Source of the DNA: Kofleriaceae bacterium
GTDB lineage: Bacteria; Myxococcota_A; Polyangia; Haliangiales; Haliangiaceae
Direction of reading: 5' to 3'
DNA: 25,498 nt
Assembly: GCA_046597055.1 (NCBI GenBank)
Contig: JBKJLC010000025.1
Coordinates: 1 to 25,498 of the forward strand
Shown here: piece by piece, positions 1 through 12,893 of the stretch
Layout of the letters: every line of letters starts with the position of its first letter
Numbering within the stretch: position 1 is the stretch's first letter
Translations under genes and position numbers: made by a program
Notes under the pieces: model-generated
Databases searched by the model: none
Seen by the model: the letters and a program-made list of their open reading frames with translations, nothing else
What the model was told of the DNA's origin: nothing

Positions 1-2
1 TC

Positions 3-806
<804 letters not shown>

Positions 807-817
807 CACTCCGCCTT

Positions 818-846
818 CGCGCGGCGCCCGCCCAGGGCGTCGCGCG
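818..846. terminator. GC-rich hairpin between convergent recA and lipoprotein genes; candidate terminator
   Basis: CGCGCGGCGCCC-gccca-GGGCGTCGCGCG forms a 12-bp stem with one G-U pair, 11 nt after the recA stop. No U-tract. Confidence 0.5.
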
Positions 847-869
847 GTGCTCGTGTCACCGCCGCGCGC

Positions 870-1424
870 TCACGGTCCGTGGCTGTAGCCGCCGCGCCCG
901 TACACACCGCCGCCGTACGCGCCGCCCCCGTACACTCCCCCACCGTACGCGCCGCCGCCGTAGCTGTCCGCGCCGCCACCCGGCAGGTAGCGCAGCGCGA
1001 AGATCACGGTGCCCGTGCTGGTCAAGAATTCGCCCACGAAGTCCTGGCCGTTCGTGCCGTGGAAGTCGCCCGCGATCGCCTGCGTGCAGTCGCCCCACGG
1101 GCAGTAGAACTCGCCCTCGAAGCGGAAGCCGCCCGCGCCGGTGAACGTCACGTCGCCGCGGATTCGCTGCGAGCCGCCCAGCTTCTCGAGCCGCGTGCGC
1201 CCACCGCTCGTCGACACGACGCACGCGAACGGCGGGTACTTGTAACCCGACTCCTCGATGCTGCACGCGTACGACCCGTCGGGTAGCTCGGCGCGTCCGC
1301 CGCTCGCGCCATCGGGCACGTTCTCGACGACCTTGCGCCCGCCCGGCGACGCCGTCATGCACGCGACCGCCGCCGCGCCGGCGACGAACGCCGCGAGCTT
1401 GCGCAGGACGACCGCGGTCGTCAT
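870..1424 (-). CDS. Hypothetical lipoprotein with a small beta-rich Cys-containing domain and a Tyr/Gly-repeat C-terminal tail
   Basis: GGAG SD about 8 nt before ATG. Signal-like N-terminus MTTAVVLRKLAAFVAGAAAVA-C. Four further Cys (YAC, FAC, YCPWGDC). Tail is YGGGAYGGGVYGGGAYGGGVYGRGGY. Confidence 0.8.
   Translation of the reverse strand: MTTAVVLRKLAAFVAGAAAVACMTASPGGRKVVENVPDGASGGRAELPDGSYACSIEESGYKYPPFACVVSTSGGRTRLEKLGGSQRIRGDVTFTGAGGFRFEGEFYCPWGDCTQAIAGDFHGTNGQDFVGEFLTSTGTVIFALRYLPGGGADSYGGGAYGGGVYGGGAYGGGVYGRGGYSHGP
885..962 (-). repeat. 15-nt period coding tandem repeat encoding YGGG[A/V]
   Basis: Tyr codons (gta on +) occur at 885, 900, 915, 930, 945 and 960, exactly 15 nt apart. Alternating Ala/Val gives a 30-nt higher-order unit. 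Confidence 0.9.
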
Positions 1425-1437
1425 ATCGAAACTCCGC

Positions 1438-2664
1438 TCACTCCGCGTCTCCGAACGACTCGTTGCCGCGGAAGTGCCAGCGCTGCTCCTTCACCTCGCC
1501 CCACGGCAAGAGGATCGGGGTCACGTCCTCGGCCGGGTCCTCGTGCCAGCTCTCCTGCGTGAACCCGCGCACGTCGCCGGCGCGCACCACGATGTCCTGA
1601 CCCTTGCCCTTGATCGCCTTCTTGCCCTTCTTGACCAGCTTCGGCTCGAGCGCCCACGTGCAGCTCATGCGCCCGATCGGCGATTCCTTGGCGATCTCGG
1701 CGGCGAACGGCCGCGTGAACGAGCCGTCGGGTTGCACGTTCCACACCGCCAGCACCTCGCGCGCGCCGCCGTTGCCGCGCTCGACGTAGTGCACGACGAT
1801 CGCCGTCTTGCCCTCGCCGGCCAGGTCGACCAGCTTGAGCGCCAGGATGTCCTTCCGGGGTACCGGAAGCTGCATGTACGAGTACGACTCGCCCAGCACT
1901 AAGACGGTGCGCCCGGCGACGATCACCCGCTCCGCGCCCGGCTCGCCGTCGACGTTGGCCATCTTGTCCATCCAGATGTCCTTGGGCTTGATGCGCAGAT
2001 CCTGGAGCACCTGCTGGTAGAGCTGCGCGCCCTCCTCGAGCAGCAGCGAGCCGCCGCTGCCGCTGGTGACGACGTCCTGCGCAACGCGCTCGGAGAACAG
2101 ATCCGCGTCGTGCAGCTCGATCACGAGCGGCACCTGGGTGACGCCCTTGCCGAAGCCGGGCAGGCGCGCCTTGGGGATCGCGATCTCGAACGACCAGCCG
2201 CGCGGCTGCAGCGAGTCGGCGATCTGCAGGCCCTTGGTGGCGCCGCCGCCCGCCCAGCGCGCCTTGCGAGCCACACCGTTCGCGCCGTCGGCGGGCAAGA
2301 GCTCGAGCCGGCGCGCGCCGAACGCGAGCACCAGCATGTCCTCGGCGCCCTTGTCCTTCTTGCCGCGGCGGATGAGCTGGTTGTCCGAGACGTCGATGGC
2401 CAGGTAGATCGCGGCGTCGTCGTAGTTGCAGCGCACCGCCATGCCGGCGTCGGAAGCGGCGCCCGCGGCGAAGCGCTGCGCGGTCACGCCCTGCCAGTCG
2501 TCGAGCATGCCGTCGACGAGCACGAGGTCCTTCTCGGCGAGGCCGCACACGATCTCCGAGGCTGCGGCGGCGCGCGCGTCGACGAGGGTGACGCCGACCC
2601 CGGCCGCGAGCGCTACCAAGTTCACGAGCGGTATCAGCCACATACGGCGCACGTCGTGCAGCAT
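1438..2664 (-). CDS. Secreted protein with an N-terminal CBM9/DOMON-like sugar-binding domain and C-terminal FG-GAP-like motifs
   Basis: GGAGG SD about 7 nt before ATG 2664 and a hydrophobic signal peptide. CBM9-like pattern VDGMLDDW...VRCNYDDAAIYLAIDVSD...GWSFEIAIP. Ca-binding-like ANVDGEPGAE and VDLAGEGKTAIVV motifs. Domain calls are by motif recognition only. Confidence 0.7.
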   Translation of the reverse strand: MLHDVRRMWLIPLVNLVALAAGVGVTLVDARAAAASEIVCGLAEKDLVLVDGMLDDWQGVTAQRFAAGAASDAGMAVRCNYDDAAIYLAIDVSDNQLIRRGKKDKGAEDMLVLAFGARRLELLPADGANGVARKARWAGGGATKGLQIADSLQPRGWSFEIAIPKARLPGFGKGVTQVPLVIELHDADLFSERVAQDVVTSGSGGSLLLEEGAQLYQQVLQDLRIKPKDIWMDKMANVDGEPGAERVIVAGRTVLVLGESYSYMQLPVPRKDILALKLVDLAGEGKTAIVVHYVERGNGGAREVLAVWNVQPDGSFTRPFAAEIAKESPIGRMSCTWALEPKLVKKGKKAIKGKGQDIVVRAGDVRGFTQESWHEDPAEDVTPILLPWGEVKEQRWHFRGNESFGDAE

Positions 2665-2690
2665 AAACGATCCTCCGACCAAGTGGTTCG

Positions 2691-2716
2691 TGCTATAGAG
2701 ACGCCCTTACAAGGAG
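2691..2716 (+). promoter_or_regulatory. Putative extended -10 (TGCTATAGA) and Shine-Dalgarno (AAGGAG) of ffh
   Basis: TG-C-TATAGA at 2691-2699 and AAGGAG at 2711-2716, 10 nt before GTG 2727, inside a 62-nt divergent intergenic gap. Confidence 0.55.
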
Positions 2717-2726
2717 CCACGACGCA

Positions 2727-4436
<1,710 letters not shown>

Positions 4437-4488
4437 CCGCGAACCCGCGGGACGCGGACGCTGTGCCCGCCGGGCGGGGGTACCGTGT

Positions 4489-4523
4489 TCACGCTGCGGA
4501 TCCCGGTGATCGGCGCGGCGTGA
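4489..4523. terminator. Hairpin between convergent ffh and TPR genes
   Basis: TCACGCTGCG (4489-4498) pairs with CGCGGCGTGA (4514-4523) with one G-U pair, plus an inner GATC/GATC pairing. It abuts the TPR gene stop. Confidence 0.45.
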
Positions 4524-7500
4524 TCAGCGCTTCTTGAGCAGGACGCGGGTGGCGGCCGCGTTCTCGCCGTCGGGCGCGCGCTCGAGGTACGTTTCGAGCC
4601 ACTTCTTGGCCTCGCGCGGGCGACGCGCGGCGTGCAACGCCTGGCCGAGCAGGAAGTAGCCCTCGGTGTTCTCGGGATCGAGCTCGAGCGCGCGCTGGAA
4701 CGCGGCGGCGGCGCCGCCCGGATCGCTGAGCTCGCCGAGCACCAGGCCGAGCGCGGCGCGGGCGTCGGCGTGGAATGGATCGAGGTTGACCGCCTCGAGC
4801 AGCAGCTGCTTGGCGCGCGCGAGGTCGTCGTTGTAGTAGGTCGCGTAGGCGAGCCAGAACAGCGCGTCGGCGAGCCGGCGACGGGGCGCCTTGGCCAAGA
4901 GCTCGCGGGCCTTGCCGAACTGGGTCAGCGCCTCGGCGTTGCGCTCGCCGCGCAGCGCCTGGCGGCCGAGCGCGAGGAAGGTCTCGGCGCGGCCCGGGAA
5001 CTTGCGCAGCATGTCGTCGGCCTGCCGCTGGGCGCCGCGCTCGTTGCCGGCCAGGTAGTACGCGTCCATCAAGAGCAGGCGGGTCTCGAGCTCGTCGGGC
5101 TCGAGCTGGGCCGCGGTCTCGAGCCCGGACACCGCCGCCGACGGATCCCGCTTGCGCTGGGCCAGGCGGCCGCGCTCGCGGGCGATGCCGGCCTTGCGAC
5201 CACCGGCCTGGGTGGCCTGGTCGAGCAGCTTCTGCGCGGCGGCGAGCTCGCCGTTGAAGGTCTGGGCCCGGGCCGCCTCGAGCAGCACGGTGGCGTCGTC
5301 GGGCGCGTCGGCGGCCAGCCGCACCAGCGCGTCGCGCCCGCCAGCGGCGTCGCCGTCGTCGATCGACAGCACCGCCGACTCGAGGCGCACCTCGCGGGCG
5401 GCGGGCAGCATCTCGGCCGCCTTGGCGTAGGCGGCCCGCGCCGGCGTGAGGTTGCCGGCGTCGCGCTCGACCCGCGCGGTCTCGAGCCAGACCCGGCCGG
5501 TCAGCGGGCCGGGCGGGCCTTCGTGCAGGCGGGTCAGCGCGGTCCGCGCGGCGTCGAGCTGACGGAGCGCGCGCTTGGCGGCGGCGTACGCGACCACCAC
5601 CCGCGGCGACGCGGTCGCCCCGTGCCTCGGCTCGATGCGGGCGAGCGCGGCGCTGCCGTCGCCGCGGGCCAGATCGACCCAGGTGCGCGCGACGATCGCG
5701 TCCTCGAAGTCGGGGCTCTTCCCGAGCGCGGTGTCGAGGCGACCCGCCGCGGCATCGAGGTCGCCCTGGGCCAGCTCGAGCTCGGCCCGCACGACCAGCG
5801 CGTCGATCGACGAGGCGGCCCCACCGGCGAGGGCGCCCAGCGCGTCGGCGGCCACCGCGACGTCGCCGACCGCGAGCAACGCGCGGGCGCGGACCAGCAC
5901 CAGCGGTGCGCTGCCCGGCCAGCGGGTCAGGCCCTGATCGGCGGTGCGGCGCGCCGCGGCGACGTCGCCGAGGGCCAGCGCGACCGCGGCCTCGGCCTCG
6001 ACGAAGCCGCGATCGTCGACCCGGCCGCGCTGGGCCCGCTCGAGCGCGCGCCGGGCCGCGATGATGTCGCCGGTCGCCAGCTGCACCTCGGCGACCGCGA
6101 GCTGCGCCCACGCGGCCTGACCCGGCGAGACCCCGAGCGGCGACTGCGCCGGCGGCCGCGCCGCCTCGGTCACCAGCGCCTCCAGCGCGGCGACCAGCGC
6201 GGCGGCCTCGCCGCGCGCCGCGCCACTGCCAGCGCGGGCGCGGGCGCGGGCGATCGTCGCACCGGGATGACCGGGCGTGAGCACGAGCGCATCAGCGCAC
6301 GCGCGATCGGCGTCGGCCCAGCGCTTGCGGCCGGTCTCGGCCGCGCATACCACCAGCCACGCCGCCGGGCGCGGATCGTTGGCGGCGGCGCCGCGCGCGG
6401 CGACCGTCGCGTCGTCCCAGCGCGCCTCGACCATCGCCGCGCGTGCCAGCGCCAGGCCGACCGCGGGATCGTCGGGCGGACCACCGTCGGTGGCGGCGGT
6501 CCGCGCGCGGGTGGCGTCGCCCTCGGCGAGCGCGAGGTACGCGCGCGCCAGCGCGGCGTCGGGGCTGGACGCCTTGGCCAGCGCGCCGACCGCAGCGCGC
6601 GCGCCGTCGAGGTCGTCGTGAAAGTCGGCGGCCAGCACGGCGCGGGCACGGGCGAGCGCGGCCCGGTGCGCCGGCGTCGGCTGGGCCCGTTCGATGCCGA
6701 CCAGGCGATCGCGCGCGTTGCGCCAGCCGGTCCAGGTGTCCGCCCGCGCCGAGACGTCGGCGCCCTGGCGCGCGGTGTCGATCTGCCGGGCCAGGCGCAG
6801 GTCGCGGATCCAGAAGCCGGCGAACACCCCGCCGCCGATCATCCCGATCGTGAGCAGCGCCCACAGGAGGATCGCGAACGGGCGGCGGCGCCGCCCCTCG
6901 GCGAGCATCGAGCCCGACGGCACCACCAGCTCGGTCGGCACCCCCGAGCCGGGCCGGGTCGCCACCACCGGCTCGGCGACCGCGGGCGCACCGGGGCCAA
7001 CGCCGCGGCGGATCAGCGCCATGTCGTCGGGCGACCGCGGCGGCTCGGCACCGCTCGGCCCCGGCGCCATCATGGTCTTGGCGTTCGGCGCGGCTCGCGG
7101 CACCGCCGCCGGTGGACCGAGCCGCTGGGGCGCCGGCGCCGGTAGCCGCCCCGCTGACAGCCCGCCGAGCTTGCCGGGCACGCGCCGGGCCCCGTCGTTG
7201 TCGGGGAACAGGTCGTCGATCGCCCGCGACGACTGCGCGAGCCGCGGATCGAGCGGGCCGGGCTCGCCGGAGCGGCGCACCGTGGGCACCTCCTCCGAGA
7301 ACGGCCGGGGTGGCACCGGCAGGCGGCGACCGGCGTCGGGCGCGGGCGCGGGCGCGCGGCGGGTCGGCGGACGCTCGGCGCGGGTGGCCTCGGCGTCACG
7401 ACCCGGCCCGCCGCCGCGCCGATCGCGGTCACCCACGTCGAGCAGGTCGTCGTCACCGACGTCGATCGAGCCGGTGTCGACCGGCGGATCGGCCAGGTCG

Positions 7501-8126
7501 TCGTCGTCGAGCTCGACGACGCCCTCGAGATCGGGATCGAGCTCGACCGTGCCCGAGCGATCGCCGACCGCGAGCTCGTCGGGGCTCGGGGTCCGGGGCC
7601 GATCCGGGCGCCGACCCGGTGCTGGCTCGGAGCTGCCGCGGGCCGCGAGCGGCCGGGTGTAGCTACCCGAGCCGCCGCGCGCGTCGCCGCCGCGGTGGGC
7701 CGGGTAGTGCTTGGTCAGGCTGTCGCCGGGGTCGCCGAACGCCGCCCCGGCCGAGTGCGCGCCGGCGGCGGCGATCGACCTCCGGGCCTCGGCGAGCAGG
7801 CCGGCGATCGCGGGATCGGGGCCGGCCAGGCTGGCGGCCCGCTCGAGCGCCTCGACCGCCGCGAAGCCGTCGCCCTTGCGCAGCAGCGCCTCGCCCTTGA
7901 GCTGGTGCGCGCCCGCGTTGTGGCCGTCGACCTCGATCGCCACTCGCATCTCGGCGAGCACCTCGTCGTACCGGCGCAGGCCGAGCAGGGCCTGCGCGAG
8001 CACGAGCCGGCCGTGCACCTCGGTCGGCCGCGCCAGCAGCCCGAGGCGGCAGACCTTCACGGCTTCCTGGTACTGCCCGGCGAGGAGCAGCTCCTGGCCA
8101 CGGCTGACGAAGTCGCTCTGCGCCAC
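4524..8126 (-). CDS. About 1200-aa bitopic membrane tetratricopeptide-repeat protein
   Basis: Start placed at GTG 8126 (VAQSDFV), just after the upstream stop, rather than the overlapping 8231 start. N-terminal TPR-like helices, a long Pro/Arg/Asp-rich linker, RRRRP then a TM helix FAILLWALLTIGMIGGGVFAGFWI (about 6807-6878), then many TPRs (e.g. AAFQRALELDPENTEGYFLLGQAL). Confidence 0.88.
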   Translation of the reverse strand: MAQSDFVSRGQELLLAGQYQEAVKVCRLGLLARPTEVHGRLVLAQALLGLRRYDEVLAEMRVAIEVDGHNAGAHQLKGEALLRKGDGFAAVEALERAASLAGPDPAIAGLLAEARRSIAAAGAHSAGAAFGDPGDSLTKHYPAHRGGDARGGSGSYTRPLAARGSSEPAPGRRPDRPRTPSPDELAVGDRSGTVELDPDLEGVVELDDDDLADPPVDTGSIDVGDDDLLDVGDRDRRGGGPGRDAEATRAERPPTRRAPAPAPDAGRRLPVPPRPFSEEVPTVRRSGEPGPLDPRLAQSSRAIDDLFPDNDGARRVPGKLGGLSAGRLPAPAPQRLGPPAAVPRAAPNAKTMMAPGPSGAEPPRSPDDMALIRRGVGPGAPAVAEPVVATRPGSGVPTELVVPSGSMLAEGRRRRPFAILLWALLTIGMIGGGVFAGFWIRDLRLARQIDTARQGADVSARADTWTGWRNARDRLVGIERAQPTPAHRAALARARAVLAADFHDDLDGARAAVGALAKASSPDAALARAYLALAEGDATRARTAATDGGPPDDPAVGLALARAAMVEARWDDATVAARGAAANDPRPAAWLVVCAAETGRKRWADADRACADALVLTPGHPGATIARARARAGSGAARGEAAALVAALEALVTEAARPPAQSPLGVSPGQAAWAQLAVAEVQLATGDIIAARRALERAQRGRVDDRGFVEAEAAVALALGDVAAARRTADQGLTRWPGSAPLVLVRARALLAVGDVAVAADALGALAGGAASSIDALVVRAELELAQGDLDAAAGRLDTALGKSPDFEDAIVARTWVDLARGDGSAALARIEPRHGATASPRVVVAYAAAKRALRQLDAARTALTRLHEGPPGPLTGRVWLETARVERDAGNLTPARAAYAKAAEMLPAAREVRLESAVLSIDDGDAAGGRDALVRLAADAPDDATVLLEAARAQTFNGELAAAQKLLDQATQAGGRKAGIARERGRLAQRKRDPSAAVSGLETAAQLEPDELETRLLLMDAYYLAGNERGAQRQADDMLRKFPGRAETFLALGRQALRGERNAEALTQFGKARELLAKAPRRRLADALFWLAYATYYNDDLARAKQLLLEAVNLDPFHADARAALGLVLGELSDPGGAAAAFQRALELDPENTEGYFLLGQALHAARRPREAKKWLETYLERAPDGENAAATRVLLKKR

Positions 8127-8142
8127 TCGCAGCGAGCTTACC

Positions 8143-8595
8143 TCACTCCGGCGAGGCTGGCGCCAGCACGGGTGCGGTGGCGGCCTGCGCGGTCCCCTCG
8201 GCCAGCCCCGGCATCTTGTCGCCACGCACACGCTCCTCGGCCACGATGCGCCAGGCCCGCGCGTGGTGCTCCCAGGTCTGCTTGGCCCAGGTGTGGCGCA
8301 CGGTGCCCTCGGACGCGAGGTACCAGCTCACCTTGACCTGGATGATGGCGGCATCGCCATCCTCCTTGACCCGCATGACCTCGTAGTCGGTGATGCGGAG
8401 ATCCTCGGCCAGCTCGTCGCGCTCGTCGAGGAACTGCTCGCGCTCGCGCGGCGGCACCGCGGCGGCGGCGGCGGTGAAGCGCTCCCAGCGCACGCCGTCG
8501 TTGTAGGTGCGCACGGAGTCCATCAGCGCCTCGCCGCGCGGAGCGTGGGCGCAGGCCGCGGTGACCACCAGCGTCGCGAGGATGAGAGCTCTCAT
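8143..8595 (-). CDS. Hypothetical lipoprotein (150 aa), possibly NTF2/SnoaL-like fold
   Basis: Corresponds to the C-terminal part of the 8143..9864 ORF. ATG 8595 overlaps the flippase stop (ATGA) and has a GGAGG SD. Signal [15 protein letters not shown]. Helix-then-beta pattern ending W..WRIV. Confidence 0.85.
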   Translation of the reverse strand: MRALILATLVVTAACAHAPRGEALMDSVRTYNDGVRWERFTAAAAAVPPREREQFLDERDELAEDLRITDYEVMRVKEDGDAAIIQVKVSWYLASEGTVRHTWAKQTWEHHARAWRIVAEERVRGDKMPGLAEGTAQAATAPVLAPASPE

Positions 8596-10208
8596 GAAGG
8601 GTCGCCTCCCTGGCCGCGCTTGGCGCGGACCTGGACGATCGCCCGGAGGTCGGCCTTGCCGAGCTCGCCGGTCACGATCAACGTGCCGAGGAAGGTCAGG
8701 CCGACGATCGCGGCCTCGACCAGGGTCATGAGCGGGGTCCGGAACGGGATCACGCGGCCGACGACCATGGCGGCGACGATCGCGACGGCGACCCGCAGCG
8801 CGGTCGCGACCGGCAGGAACGCGCCGAGCTTCCGGCGCAGGAACCAGCCGGCGATGCCGGCGCCGCACACCATCGCGAGGCCGGTGGTGGTCGCGGCCGC
8901 GACCAGCAGGTCCTGGCCCGGCTGCATCATCGGGATCACGATCGCGTTGCCGATGCCGGCCAGCGCCAGCGTGATCGCCGCGCTGATGGTGGCCTCGCGG
9001 GTGAGCCCGGCGCCGTTGAGGATGGTCCCGGCGATCGCGAAGATGGAGAACGCGACGTTGCCGAGCGCGAGCGAGATCAGCGCCGGGGCGCCCAGGCGCG
9101 CGTAGTCTTCGGCGTAGGGGATGTCGAGCAGCGGCTCGGGGTTGGCGGCCATCACCACCGCCAGCGCGGTCGCGAAGATCAGCGAGTAGCGCACGGTGAT
9201 CTGGACGTAGCGGCGGGTCATCTCGCGGTCGTCCTCGAAGGTCGACCGCGACACCAGCGGGAAGATGACGAAGGTCGCCGCGATGATCGCCTGGTACGAC
9301 AGCCGGGCCAGGTTCTGCACCGCGCGGTAGTAGGCGACCTGGACGTCGGCCAGCGCGTGGGGCTCGACCGCGAAGCCGGCCAGGTCGCGCGCCCACGGCA
9401 GCGCCTGGTCGAGCCCGGTCGCGAGCCGGGTCGCGTGGTCGGCGTACCAGCGGGTGGTCAGCGCCTTGATCAGCAGCTGATCGACCGACATGATCAGGTT
9501 GAGCAGGATCAGGTACAGCGCGAGCTTCGCGAAGTACCGCATCATCGGGCGGACCGCGATCCGATCGACCTCGGCGATCGGCCCGGGGCGGCCGATCACG
9601 AAGGTGGCGACGACGAGGATCACCGCGACCGCGGCGACCCAGCCGCTGACCGCACCGTAGACGCCGAACCCGGCGGTCGCCAGGCCGACGATGCCGAGCG
9701 CGCGCAGGGTCGCGAACGTGACGTCGAGCCCGGCCTGACGGTTGAACAGGCGCAGGCCGTTGGCGGTGCCGACGAACACCGCATAGAACGAGTAGCCGGC
9801 CATGATGAACGCGGCTAGCATCAGCGGGCCGACCTTCGACCAGTCCTGGAAGGCGAGGCCCCACAGCGGCGCGGCCGCGACGAACAGGATGGCGGCGGGG
9901 ATGCCGAGGAACAGGTGCATGCGCAGGCCGGCGGCCTGCACGGCGCGTGCGGTCTCGGGGCGCTGCGCGGTGAACCGCGACACCGCCTGGATCGAGCCGG
10001 TCACCAGCACGTTGTTGAGCGGCGACACCACCGACGACACCACGCCGTAGGCGCCGAAGGTCGCGCGTGACAGCACCGCGGTGAGGCGGAACTCGATCAG
10101 CGCGCCGATCGCCATGAAGTACAGCTTGGCGAAGGCGATGTAGAGGACGCCGCGCCCGGCGCCGGTGGCCTTCACGGGAGGCGGATCCTTGGGAACCGGG
10201 TCACTCAC
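8592..10208 (-). CDS. MOP-superfamily (Wzx/SpoVB-like) oligosaccharide or lipid-linked glycan flippase
   Basis: GGAGG then GTG 10208. Roughly 12-14 hydrophobic segments. Wzx/SpoVB-like motifs [13 protein letters not shown]...AVSRFTA and [13 protein letters not shown]...IFPLVSRS. Confidence 0.85.
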   Translation of the reverse strand: MSDPVPKDPPPVKATGAGRGVLYIAFAKLYFMAIGALIEFRLTAVLSRATFGAYGVVSSVVSPLNNVLVTGSIQAVSRFTAQRPETARAVQAAGLRMHLFLGIPAAILFVAAAPLWGLAFQDWSKVGPLMLAAFIMAGYSFYAVFVGTANGLRLFNRQAGLDVTFATLRALGIVGLATAGFGVYGAVSGWVAAVAVILVVATFVIGRPGPIAEVDRIAVRPMMRYFAKLALYLILLNLIMSVDQLLIKALTTRWYADHATRLATGLDQALPWARDLAGFAVEPHALADVQVAYYRAVQNLARLSYQAIIAATFVIFPLVSRSTFEDDREMTRRYVQITVRYSLIFATALAVVMAANPEPLLDIPYAEDYARLGAPALISLALGNVAFSIFAIAGTILNGAGLTREATISAAITLALAGIGNAIVIPMMQPGQDLLVAAATTTGLAMVCGAGIAGWFLRRKLGAFLPVATALRVAVAIVAAMVVGRVIPFRTPLMTLVEAAIVGLTFLGTLIVTGELGKADLRAIVQVRAKRGQGGDPS

Positions 10209-10256
10209 GGGTCCTCCCGGGTAACACGGCCGATCGGCCAGGGCCACTTTCCCGCG

Positions 10257-10294
10257 CCCCCGACCTTGGCGAAATGTCCATGCGAGGTCGGGGG
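10257..10294. promoter_or_regulatory. Perfect 10-bp inverted repeat in the divergent flippase/DUF5916 intergenic region
   Basis: CCCCCGACCT (10257-10266), 18-nt spacer, AGGTCGGGGG (10285-10294). Confidence 0.45.
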
Positions 10295-10328
10295 GTTACC
10301 TCGACCGATTGGGTACATTCGGCGCGCG

Positions 10329-12869
<2,541 letters not shown>

Positions 12870-12893
12870 CGACGCGGCGGCGGCCGACCGGGC

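Noticed and set aside
885..962. Periodic repeat as a possible CRISPR array
   Set aside because: The period is 15 nt with no unique spacers, it is in-frame coding, and no cas genes are present.
4437..4523. SRP (4.5S) RNA gene next to ffh
   Set aside because: The conserved domain IV motif (CAGG..GGAA..AGCAG) was not found here or in other intergenic regions by eye. An Infernal search would be decisive.
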